A DNA stretch of 64,000 nucleotides, taken from an uncultured Clostridia bacterium. Lineage in GTDB: Bacteria > Bacillota > Clostridia > TANB77 > CAG-508. Shown here one piece after another: positions 1-8,655 of this stretch (its first letter is position 1; each line of letters opens with the position of its first letter). Made by a program: the position numbers and the translations under genes. Location: NCBI GenBank assembly GCA_934168305.1, contig CAKPNF010000002.1:32308-96307 (forward strand), in the 5' to 3' direction. The notes beneath the pieces were generated by a model. It saw nothing but the letters and a program-made list of their open reading frames with translations, did no database searches and was not told where the DNA came from.

Positions 1-636
1 AAAAAAAATCAAGTTGTAATTTATGTTATTGCATTAATGCTAGTTGTAGCAGGATATTTAAATTATACAGCAACTAATGATTTGAATAGTGCTGTTCAAA
101 CAAGTAGTAGTGAAGAGGAATTAACTAAAATGGCTAATATTGGAGATGCACAATTGGTAAGTAGTAATGTTGTTAGTGAAAAAAATTATATTGAAGAAAA
201 CACAACTAATAATACAAATAATTCAATAATTAATAACAATGAAGCATCTACTAATAACACTATATCTACAAGTAGTAGTGTTTCTGGTAATAATGAATAT
301 TTTTCGAGCTCAAAGTTAGAAAGAGATACTATGTATTCTCAAATGCTAGAAACATATGAAAAAGTTTTAAATAGTAATAATTCATTAGAAACACAAAAAC
401 AATCTGCTTCAGAAGAAATTACAAAGATAAACAATGTAAAAAATGGAATAATGATTTGTGAGAATTTAATTAAAACTAAGGGATTTAGAAATGTGGTTAT
501 TTTTGTTAATGGGGATAGTGTGAGTGTAATTGTTGAAGATGAACAATTAAGTCCAGAAGAAGTTGCACAGATTCAAAATATAATTTCTAGAGAATTAAGT
601 GCTAAAGTAGAAAATATACATATTTCAAGTAAATAG
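1..636 (+). CDS. spoIIIAH: stage III sporulation protein AH-like, 5'-truncated at window edge
   Basis: Frame is open back to position 1 (KKNQVVIYVIALMLVVAGYL... hydrophobic N-terminal anchor). C-terminus ...NVVIFVNGDSVSVIVEDEQLSPEEVAQIQNIISRELSAKVENIHIS resembles the SpoIIIAH/YscJ-like C-terminal domain of clostridial SpoIIIAH. Confidence 0.5.
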   Translation, partial: KKNQVVIYVIALMLVVAGYLNYTATNDLNSAVQTSSSEEELTKMANIGDAQLVSSNVVSEKNYIEENTTNNTNNSIINNNEASTNNTISTSSSVSGNNEYFSSSKLERDTMYSQMLETYEKVLNSNNSLETQKQSASEEITKINNVKNGIMICENLIKTKGFRNVVIFVNGDSVSVIVEDEQLSPEEVAQIQNIISRELSAKVENIHISSK

Positions 637-1235
637 TTATAAAATATTGGTATTAATTCTGTATAAAAAGTATTTAAAAGATAATACTATTGATACAAAA
701 TTAATTAAGAAAAGTAAAGAAAATGTGAAACAAAATTAGTAAAAAAATATAAAAATGTTTCACATTTGAAATAACCCTTAAGATTAAAATCTTAGGGGTT
801 ATTTTTGGCTTTAAACTTATATTAAATATGAATAAAAATGTCACAGAACTACATAGATTTATCATGTGATGAATTATGGAAAAATGAGAATTTTTCTCTA
901 CTCATCTTTAAATTTTCACGTATTTTTCTAATTATTTATCCAATTTTAATATTATCTTGCATAAATAATTCTTCTAAAAACTCAAAAATATTATATTAAA
1001 AAAGCAAAAACAGACTAATATGAAAAAAGCATAAATGTTTTTAAAAAAGTATTGCAAAAATAATAAAGGTTTAGTAAAATTTATACATAATATAATTTAT
1101 ATTTTTTGCAAATAAAGAACTTTGAGAAGTGAATAATTCCTAGGTATGTAATGTGAAATTATAATTAAAAGTATATTATTTGTAAAAATATAAATAATAG
1201 TATTTTATATATAATAATAAAGGGGGAAAGATTTA

Positions 1236-2438
1236 ATGCAAAAAACAAATAACAAAAAAGTTATAACATTAGTAGCGTTAGTAATTACTATAATAATATT
1301 ATTAATAGTGGCAGCTATATCAATACAAGCATTAACAGGAAGTAGATTATTCGGCAAATCACATATTACAAATGTAAATACATCAGAAACAAATCCAGTA
1401 GGAGCAATGCCAAAAGGAGCAACAGTAATAGAAGGAGATGCTAATAAAGGAATAGTAATAAAAGACAGTAATGATAATGAATGGGTATGGGTAGAAGTAC
1501 CAAAGACCGAAACAGAAGGGAAAACAAAAGATAAAGATATAGAAGAAGCATTACAAAAATATGCAGGAGATTATAGAAAGAACTGGACAGATGATAAATG
1601 GTATGCAATAGATGGAGATAAATTGGTAACAGCAAGTACAGATAATTTAACAACAGAGCAAAAGGCATTAAAAAATGGATGTGGTTTAACATATGATGAA
1701 TATAATACAGCAAAAAGTAAAATATTACAGAGTATAAAGACAAATGGAGGATTCTGGATATCAAGATATGAAGCAGGGATAGCTGGAACCAATACAGATG
1801 CAACAAGTGATGAGATACCAAATGTAAGATATTCACATAGGGATATAACAAAAGATTCACCAAAGGCGGTTAGCCAAGCAGACAGAATACCATATAATTA
1901 TGTATATTGTAGTGAAGCACAAACATTAGCATCAGCAATGTCAACAGATTCAAATAAAACAAGTAGTTTATTGTTTGGAATCCAATGGGATTTAACATGT
2001 AAATTTATAGAAACGAAAACAAATCTTACAACAGCAGATATAAAAAAAGATAGTGCAAGTTGGGGAAATTACAGAAATAGTTCAATAACACTAACAAGAG
2101 GAAGATACAATGTATCTCCATCAAGTTCATCAAGTGTATGGAAAAAATTTGATGTAAATACAGATAATGTAACAGGTTCACAAACATCAGATAATATAAA
2201 TTATAATCAATTATTAACGACAGGGGCATCAGAGCAAACAAATAAAATGAATATATATGATTTTGCAGGAAATGTGTGGGAATGGACATTAGAGAAACCT
2301 TCCGGCGCAAGTTATCCTTGTGCTCTTAGGGGAGGGAGCTTTGACAGAAATGGTTCTGACCTTCCAGCGTCTGGCTGCATCGACGAAGATAATACCTTCG
2401 GTTACTCCTACATTGGTTTCCGCTCCACACTTTATTAG
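1236..2438 (+). CDS. membrane-anchored protein with C-terminal FGE-sulfatase/SUMF1-like (C-type lectin fold) domain
   Basis: SD-like aaagggggaaag upstream of the ATG. N-terminal K-rich segment then a 23-residue hydrophobic helix (type II anchor). C-terminus GNVWEWT...RGGSFDRNG...GYSYIGFRS matches the GNxWEW / RGGS / GFR signature of the FGE-sulfatase fold. The last ~150 nt are ~50% GC in a 28% GC gene. Confidence 0.6.
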   Translation: MQKTNNKKVITLVALVITIIILLIVAAISIQALTGSRLFGKSHITNVNTSETNPVGAMPKGATVIEGDANKGIVIKDSNDNEWVWVEVPKTETEGKTKDKDIEEALQKYAGDYRKNWTDDKWYAIDGDKLVTASTDNLTTEQKALKNGCGLTYDEYNTAKSKILQSIKTNGGFWISRYEAGIAGTNTDATSDEIPNVRYSHRDITKDSPKAVSQADRIPYNYVYCSEAQTLASAMSTDSNKTSSLLFGIQWDLTCKFIETKTNLTTADIKKDSASWGNYRNSSITLTRGRYNVSPSSSSSVWKKFDVNTDNVTGSQTSDNINYNQLLTTGASEQTNKMNIYDFAGNVWEWTLEKPSGASYPCALRGGSFDRNGSDLPASGCIDEDNTFGYSYIGFRSTLY

Positions 2439-2846
2439 TAGTAGGTCTGAATGCTAAAATCGTAAAATTAAATATATATCAAAAGTAGTTTTAGAATTCG
2501 TTTTTAGAAAGGATGAATTCTAACGAATGAAATACGTTAGAGGTAAAATTTATTATATTTCAAGAGTTATTATAAGTTCATATGGATATGTGTATTTATA
2601 ATAACCTTAGAAAATTAGAAATTTTCACCTAAGCGATAGCGCCACCTAAGCAGTGGTGCTATTTTACTTTTAGGCAAAAATAATGTCACCAAATAAGAAA
2701 AAAGTGATGAGCCAGATAAAAACGAAAATGAAAGTAATATATCAATAGCACAGCAAATAGCAAACAATCCAAAGGCATATTATGGAAAAAAAGTAGAGAA
2801 TTATAAAGTTAGTGATAGTGATACAAATATATATAGAATATTCTAC

Positions 2847-3557
2847 GTGAGTACAGCAAATAATGAATTTGGAGACCCACAATATACAATATATTTAAAA
2901 GCTGACTGTTCTAAAAGCATTTCTTGTTCAACTACATATGATTCAGCAAATACAAAAGTAAGAACAATGAATCCACAATGGAATAAAGGAGAAACATCAT
3001 CATCAAATACAAAAACAAGAGGAGATAATGAAAGCAATTGGAACACAAACGAAAAAGCAGCAGCGTATTTATGCTCTCCAGTAAATGACACAACATATTC
3101 AAATACAAAATTACCATGGAAAGAATATTATAATTCTGAAAAAGCAAAATATGTTATTGGTGGACCTAGTGTAGAAATGTATGTAAAGTCATATAATCAA
3201 GCATATGAGGGAATAACTGATATTAATACTTATATCTTAGGAGCAAAGTATAGAGCAACAAATAAACCAGGGTATATTTATACATTAAATGGAACACAAT
3301 CACTAATATCAAAAGATGATTATTACACAGGAACTGATAGTTTAGATTATACAAAATATAATAGTATGTATTATGGAAATAATGGAAAGAAAACAGGAAA
3401 TTGGTGGTTAGCTTCTCCATCAGCTAATAATTCTATACGTGTATGTTATGCTGGAGGAGAAAAAGCACATTTAAGTTTATATGATTATAATATAGAAGTT
3501 GGACTTTCTCCTCTAATAGCATTAAACTCAAGTTTTATTCCACAAATTGAAGAGTAA
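2847..3557 (+). CDS. hypothetical protein with a degenerate FGE-like C-terminus; start uncertain, possible truncated paralog or pseudogene
   Basis: Only start is a GTG at 2847. The frame is open without any ATG back to 2697. A 21-codon ATG ORF in the +1 frame (2683..2748) overlaps its 5' end. C-terminus GNWWLASPS...RVCYAGG...GLSP loosely parallels GNVWEWT...RGGS...GFR of the upstream gene. Normal AT-rich composition throughout. Confidence 0.35.
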   Translation: MSTANNEFGDPQYTIYLKADCSKSISCSTTYDSANTKVRTMNPQWNKGETSSSNTKTRGDNESNWNTNEKAAAYLCSPVNDTTYSNTKLPWKEYYNSEKAKYVIGGPSVEMYVKSYNQAYEGITDINTYILGAKYRATNKPGYIYTLNGTQSLISKDDYYTGTDSLDYTKYNSMYYGNNGKKTGNWWLASPSANNSIRVCYAGGEKAHLSLYDYNIEVGLSPLIALNSSFIPQIEE

Positions 3558-3648
3558 AATACATTAAACTTTATAAAAAAGCCTTGTGCTTTTTTTATTT
3601 TACCTATATAATAAATACAGCAAAGAGCAAGGAGGGAGAAAAAACAAC

Positions 3649-4650
3649 ATGAATTTTATAGAAACAATAAAAGAACGAGCAAGACAAGAAATAAAAACAA
3701 TTGTACTTCCAGAAGCAGAAGATATAAGAACACTAAAAGCAACTGAAACAGCATTAAAGGAAAAATATGCAAATATAATTTTAGTAGGAAACAAAGAAAA
3801 AATATTAGAAATTGCCAAAAGTAACAATTTAAACATTGAAGGAGCAGAAATAATAGAACCACAAACATCTACAAACTACGAAAAATATGCAAATTTATTA
3901 TATGAATTAAGAAAACATAAAGGGATGACACTAGAACAAGCAAAAAAAATATCATTAGACCCTGTGTATTTTGGTATGTTAATGGTAAAAGATGAAGAAA
4001 CAAAAGCAGACGGACTAGTTTCAGGTGCTGTGCATTCAACAGCTGATACATTAAGACCAGCACTACAAATATTAAAAACAGCACCTGACACAAAATTAGT
4101 TTCAGCATTTTTTGTAATGGTAGTACCAGAATGTGAATATGGTTCAAATGGTACATTTATATTTGGAGATGCAGGTCTAAATGCAAACCCAAATCCAGAA
4201 GAATTGTCAGAAATAGCAATATCATCAAGTAAAAGCTTTAAGAAATTAGTTGGAGAAGAACCAAAGGTTGCAATGCTATCATATTCAACATACGGAAGTG
4301 CGAAATCTGAATTAACAGAAAAGGTTATTGAAGCAACAAAATTGTTAAAAGAAAAAGAACCAGAATTAAAATCAGACGGAGAATTACAACTAGATGCAGC
4401 AATAATACCAGAAGTAGCAAAATCAAAAGCACCAGGAAGTAATGTAGCAGGAGAGGCCAATGTATTAATATTTCCAAATTTAGATGCAGGAAATATAGGC
4501 TATAAATTAGTACAAAGATTAGCAAAAGCTGAAGCATATGGACCATTGTGTCAAGGAATTGCAAAACCAGTAAACGATTTATCAAGAGGATGTAGCTATC
4601 AAGATATTGCTGGAGTAATAGCAATTACAGCTGTTCAAGCTCAAAAATAA
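3649..4650 (+). CDS. pta: phosphate acetyltransferase
   Basis: SD caaggaggg 8 nt before the ATG at 3649. Protein MNFIETIKERARQ...SGAVHSTADTLRPALQ...ANVLIFPNLDAGNIGYKL... is a canonical Pta. The annotated ORF start at 3586 is an upstream artefact. Confidence 0.9.
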   Translation: MNFIETIKERARQEIKTIVLPEAEDIRTLKATETALKEKYANIILVGNKEKILEIAKSNNLNIEGAEIIEPQTSTNYEKYANLLYELRKHKGMTLEQAKKISLDPVYFGMLMVKDEETKADGLVSGAVHSTADTLRPALQILKTAPDTKLVSAFFVMVVPECEYGSNGTFIFGDAGLNANPNPEELSEIAISSSKSFKKLVGEEPKVAMLSYSTYGSAKSELTEKVIEATKLLKEKEPELKSDGELQLDAAIIPEVAKSKAPGSNVAGEANVLIFPNLDAGNIGYKLVQRLAKAEAYGPLCQGIAKPVNDLSRGCSYQDIAGVIAITAVQAQK

Positions 4651-4704
4651 ACCAATGGGGACGTTCTTAAATTGGTTGAAAAAGACAAAAAAAGGAGGAA
4701 TTTT

Positions 4705-5898
4705 ATGAAAATTTTAGTCTTAAACTCAGGAAGTTCATCACTTAAATATCAAGTAATTGATATGGAAACAGAAGAAATGCTTGTAAAAGGATATTTTGAA
4801 AGAATAGGTCAACAAAATTCTTTTTTAACTCATAAAGTGAATGGAATTAAACATAAATTTGAAAAACATGTAGAAAATCATGAACAAGCATTAGAATTTG
4901 TCTTTACAAGATTAACAAATGACCATTATGGAGTTTTAAAAAGTTTAGATGAATTGGGTGGAATAGGGCATAGAGTTGTTCAAGGTGGAGAAAAATATTC
5001 ACAGCCAGTAATAATTACAGAAGAAGTTATAGAAGAAATAAAAAGATGTAGTGATTTAGCTCCATTACATAATCCGGCAGCAATTTTGGGGATAAATGCT
5101 TGTAAAAAAATAGCACCAAATATTCCAATGGTTGCAGTATTTGATACAGCATTTCATCAAACAATTCCAAAGGAAAGATATATTTACCCAATACCATATG
5201 AATATTATAAAAAATATGGAATTAGAAAATATGGAGCACACGGAACATCACATCAATATGTAGCATATAGAGTTGCTGAGATATTAGGAAAAGATATTAA
5301 AGATTTAAAAATAGTAAATTGCCATTTAGGTCAAGGTGCAAGTGTATGTGCAATTCAAAATGGTAAATCTGTAGAAACAAGTATGGGACTTACACCACTA
5401 GGTGGGATACCAATGGGAACAAGAAGCGGAGATTTGGACCCATCAGTAGTAACATACATAATGAAAAAAGAAAATCTAACACCGCAAGAAATAGAAGATA
5501 TATTAAACAAAAAATCAGGAGTTTATGGAGCGTCTAGAGGAGTATCAGTAGATTTTAGAGACATAGAAAACGAAGCATTAGCAGGAGGAACACATGCTCA
5601 ATTAGCTTTGGATATATATCATTATTTAACAGCATCGTATGTTGCAAAATGTGCAGTAGCTATGGGAGGAATTGATGTACTTACATTTACTGCAGGTGTT
5701 GGAGAAAAAGGACCAATATCAAGAAAAGCTATATGCGACCAACTTGCATTCTTTGGAGTAAAAATAGATGATGAAAAAAATAAAATAAGAGGCGAAGAAG
5801 TTGAAATTTCAGCTGAAGACTCAAATGTAAAAATCTATGTTATTCCAACAAATGAGGAGTTAATGATTGCAAGAGAAACTAAGAATTTAGTCAAATAA
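4705..5898 (+). CDS. ackA: acetate kinase (copy 1)
   Basis: SD aaaaggagga precedes MKILVLNSGSSSLKYQ. Motifs HRVVQGG, DTAFHQT, KYGAHGTSH. Confidence 0.9.
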   Translation: MKILVLNSGSSSLKYQVIDMETEEMLVKGYFERIGQQNSFLTHKVNGIKHKFEKHVENHEQALEFVFTRLTNDHYGVLKSLDELGGIGHRVVQGGEKYSQPVIITEEVIEEIKRCSDLAPLHNPAAILGINACKKIAPNIPMVAVFDTAFHQTIPKERYIYPIPYEYYKKYGIRKYGAHGTSHQYVAYRVAEILGKDIKDLKIVNCHLGQGASVCAIQNGKSVETSMGLTPLGGIPMGTRSGDLDPSVVTYIMKKENLTPQEIEDILNKKSGVYGASRGVSVDFRDIENEALAGGTHAQLALDIYHYLTASYVAKCAVAMGGIDVLTFTAGVGEKGPISRKAICDQLAFFGVKIDDEKNKIRGEEVEISAEDSNVKIYVIPTNEELMIARETKNLVK

Positions 5899-5902
5899 AT
5901 GA

Positions 5903-6001
5903 GGGATTAAGGGGCCACCACACAAAATCCCTCTTAAAATAAAAAGAAATATAATATATAAATAAAAAAAGAGGGATTTTGTGTGGTGGCCCCTTAATCC
6001 C
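5903..6001. repeat. GC-rich palindromic element copy 1: 33-bp perfect inverted arms (GGGATTAAGGGGCCACCACACAAAATCCCTCTT) around a 33-bp AT core
   Basis: Arms at 5903-5935 and 5969-6001 are exact reverse complements. A T-run follows. Sits between the ackA1 stop and the ackA2 SD, so it probably acts as an intrinsic terminator or stable stem-loop. Confidence 0.85.
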
Positions 6002-6023
6002 TTTTATAGAAGGAGAATAGAAA

Positions 6024-7214
6024 ATGAAAATATTAGTATTAAATTGTGGTAGTTCATCACTAAAGTATCAATTAATAAACATGGATACAGAAGAAGTAAT
6101 GGCTTCTGGAAAATATGAAAGAATAGGAGAAGCAGAAGCATTTATAACACACAAAGTAAATGGACAAAAAATAGAAATAAAAAATCCAGCATATAATCAC
6201 TCAGAAGCAATTGATTTTACATTAAAACAATTTACAAATCCAGAATATAAAGTAATAGATAGTTTAGACGAAATAAATGCAATTGGACACAGATTAGTTC
6301 ATGGTGGAGAAAAAATTGCGGAATCTGTTGTAATCGACGACAATGTTGTAAAAGTATTAGAAGAATATACAGACTTAGCACCTTTACACAACCCTGCTTG
6401 TATATTAGGAATAAAGGCATGTCAAGAAGTTATGCCTGGAAAACCAATGGTAGGTGTATTTGATACAGCATTCCATCAAACAATGCCAAAGGATAAATTT
6501 ATTTATCCAATACCATATGAATATTATAAAAAATATGGAGTAAGAAAATATGGATTCCATGGAACATCACATATGTTTGTATCACAAAGACTTGCTGAAA
6601 TTGAAAACAAATCATTAGAAGGTACAAAAATTGTAACATGTCACTTAGGACAAGGCTCAAGTATATGTGCTATAAAAGACGGAAAATCTGTAGATACAAG
6701 TATGGGATTAACACCACTTGGTGGACTTCCAATGGTTACAAGAAGTGGAGATTTAGACCCATCAGTTGTAACATATATAATGAAAAAAGAAAACTTAACA
6801 CCTGCACAAATGGAAGATTTATTAAATAAAAAATCAGGACTTTCTGGTATGTCAGGATTAGTTCCAGACTTTAGAGAAATTGAAATCGCTTCAAATGAAG
6901 GACAACCAGATGCTAAAATGGCAGTTGAAAACTTCAATTACACAATTGCAAGTTATGTTGCAAAATATGCAGTTGCAATGAATGGTGTTGATTACATTAT
7001 ATTTACAGGTGGAATTGGTGAAAATCAAATTAATATCCGTAAAGGAATATGTGAAAAATTAGAGTTTATGGGTGTTAAATTAGATGTTGACGCTAATAAT
7101 ATGAGAGGTGAAGAGAAAGTTATTTCTACACCAGATTCTAAAATTAAAGTTTATGTAATTCCTACAAATGAGGAATTAATGATAGCAAAAGAAACTTTGA
7201 GATTAACAAAATAA
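6024..7214 (+). CDS. ackA: acetate kinase (copy 2, tandem paralog)
   Basis: SD aaggag precedes MKILVLNCGSSSLKYQL. Same motif set (HRLVHGG, DTAFHQT, KYGFHGTSH). Roughly 60% identical to copy 1 by eye. Confidence 0.9.
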   Translation: MKILVLNCGSSSLKYQLINMDTEEVMASGKYERIGEAEAFITHKVNGQKIEIKNPAYNHSEAIDFTLKQFTNPEYKVIDSLDEINAIGHRLVHGGEKIAESVVIDDNVVKVLEEYTDLAPLHNPACILGIKACQEVMPGKPMVGVFDTAFHQTMPKDKFIYPIPYEYYKKYGVRKYGFHGTSHMFVSQRLAEIENKSLEGTKIVTCHLGQGSSICAIKDGKSVDTSMGLTPLGGLPMVTRSGDLDPSVVTYIMKKENLTPAQMEDLLNKKSGLSGMSGLVPDFREIEIASNEGQPDAKMAVENFNYTIASYVAKYAVAMNGVDYIIFTGGIGENQINIRKGICEKLEFMGVKLDVDANNMRGEEKVISTPDSKIKVYVIPTNEELMIAKETLRLTK

Positions 7215-7240
7215 ATCGTTATAATAAATTTATTAAAAGA

Positions 7241-7280
7241 AGGTAAATATAAGAAATTTAATTATATTCACCTTTTTTTA
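7241..7280 (+). terminator. intrinsic terminator after ackA2
   Basis: aggtaaatata...tatattcacct stem (1 mismatch) followed by TTTTTTT. Confidence 0.6.
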
Positions 7281-7384
7281 TAATAGAAAAAATCTATAAA
7301 TATCATATAACATGTTTAAAGACAAATATATGGCTAAACTGAAACTAATCAAAAGAAAAAAATGTCGAAAATTAAATTTTACTA

Positions 7385-7413
7385 TTGAAAAAAATAAACG
7401 TTATTGTTATAAT
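7385..7413 (+). promoter_or_regulatory. sigma-A type promoter with extended -10 upstream of the TM2 operon
   Basis: TTGAAA - 17 nt - TGtTATAAT. About 100 nt of 5' UTR before the SD aaggagg. Confidence 0.6.
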
Positions 7414-7511
7414 GAGATTAACACTGTTGTACTTAGAGAAATTTAAGTAAACAAATATCAAATTTCAAAAGGAGCAGTTGTTGGATTTTAAAAAGAAGGA
7501 GGAAACAAAAT

Positions 7512-7721
7512 ATGAAAAGCGATAAAGATTGGTTAGTAACATTGTTATTAAGTTTATTTTTAGGAACATTAGGTGTACATAGATTCTATGTAGGTAAAAT
7601 AGGAACAGGAATTTTACAATTAATAACATTAGGTGGATGTGGTATATGGACATTGATAGACCTTATAATGATAATAACAGGAAACTTTAAGGATAAAGAT
7701 GGTAATGTCATCGAAAACTAA
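7512..7721 (+). CDS. TM2 domain-containing membrane protein
   Basis: SD gaaggagg. GVHRFYVGKIGTGILQLITLGGCGIWTLIDLI matches the TM2 domain signature. Confidence 0.7.
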   Translation: MKSDKDWLVTLLLSLFLGTLGVHRFYVGKIGTGILQLITLGGCGIWTLIDLIMIITGNFKDKDGNVIEN

Positions 7722-7992
7722 AATTTTTATATTTTTAGGATTTAATTTAATATTAATAATTTTACTGTATAACATTTCAATTGATTCGGAAATATTACAA
7801 AATATCTGTTTAATAAAATTTCTAACAGGAAAAAAATGTTGGAATTGTGGTATGACAAGAGCGTTTTTATCAATATTACATTTTGATATCTATTCAGCTT
7901 ATCAATATAATCACAATGTACTAGTAGTTTTTCCATTAACAATTGTAATGTATTTATATAGTTGGTACAAATATATTTTTAAGGAGAAATAA
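7699..7992 (+). CDS. DUF2752-like small membrane protein
   Basis: CWNCGMTRAF motif (CxxCGxTR) typical of DUF2752. Overlaps the TM2 gene by 23 nt. Confidence 0.5.
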   Translation: MVMSSKTKIFIFLGFNLILIILLYNISIDSEILQNICLIKFLTGKKCWNCGMTRAFLSILHFDIYSAYQYNHNVLVVFPLTIVMYLYSWYKYIFKEK

Positions 7993-7994
7993 AA

Positions 7995-8318
7995 ATGAGT
8001 GAAAAAGCAAAAGCTATATTAGCATATATTTTTGGATGGTTAGGTGGACTCATTGTTTTATATGCTGTTAAAGATAATGAAAAAAATACAAAATTTCATG
8101 CTGCACAAGCAATAGTAATAGGTTTGGGATATACTATTTTAGTTACAATTTATAGATTTATTCCAATCACAATTCCATTCTTTAGTACAGCAGTATGGAT
8201 AATTTATATTATATGTATTATTATGGGAATTGCAAAAGCAAACAAAGAAGAAGATCCAGAAATACCTGTAATAGGAAATATTGCAAAATCTATTTTTGGT
8301 AAAAAAATAGAAGAATAA
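7995..8318 (+). CDS. DUF4870-like small membrane protein
   Basis: AILAYIFGWLGGLIVLY...KFHAAQAIVIGL pattern. This family commonly partners TM2 proteins. Confidence 0.5.
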   Translation: MSEKAKAILAYIFGWLGGLIVLYAVKDNEKNTKFHAAQAIVIGLGYTILVTIYRFIPITIPFFSTAVWIIYIICIIMGIAKANKEEDPEIPVIGNIAKSIFGKKIEE

Positions 8319-8360
8319 TAATTAAAAAACTTTAAGGCTAATAAAATAATTTATAAAAAA

Positions 8361-8399
8361 AGGTAGATATAAAAATTCTCATTATATCTACCTTTTTTA
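8361..8399 (+). terminator. intrinsic terminator
   Basis: aggtagatataa...ttatatctacct perfect 12-bp stem plus TTTTTT. Confidence 0.75.
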
Positions 8400-8655
8400 T
8401 TAATTCTGTAAAAATTTAAATTAAAAATTGAAACTTTTTACTAAAAATAAAAACTCTATAAGTGATTATTTAAGATGGGATAATCAATGGTCAAAATATT
8501 ATTCAGTAGAATGATATGAAAAAGTATTGATAAATAATTCAAAAAAGTGTAAAATGAGACAAGAGGGACAGTCCTTTTTTGTCTCATAATTTTGTCAAAA
8601 TGTGTCGAAAATACATGTAATGATAAACAAGCAAAACAAGTGAAAGGTAAAAAAC

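Noticed and set aside
1236-1330. Type IV pilin / pseudopilin N-terminus for the FGE-like protein
   Set aside because: The hydrophobic segment lacks the G/F(M)xxxE prepilin-peptidase site. It is better read as a simple type II membrane anchor.
1441-1863. Antisense ORFs listed in the six-frame track (e.g. 1441..1863-, 3876..4460-, 25016..25561-, 50681..51169-, 61158..61463- and about 90 others)
   Set aside because: They lie wholly inside well-supported sense-strand genes, lack SD sequences, and encode Leu/Phe/Ile/Tyr-rich low-complexity peptides typical of the reverse complement of AT-rich coding DNA.
2440-2690. DGR template repeat in the spacer downstream of the GC-rich gene end
   Set aside because: The spacer has no segment resembling 2285..2438 even allowing A-to-N substitutions, and no reverse-transcriptase ORF exists anywhere in the window. 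The DGR idea therefore remains unsupported locally.
3586-3648. Upstream extension of pta (ORF start at 3586), and similar extensions for ackA (4672), relA (51214) and MBL (53611)
   Set aside because: Internal ATGs with canonical SD spacing (3649, 4705, 51223, 53626) give N-termini matching conserved family starts. The extensions lack an SD.
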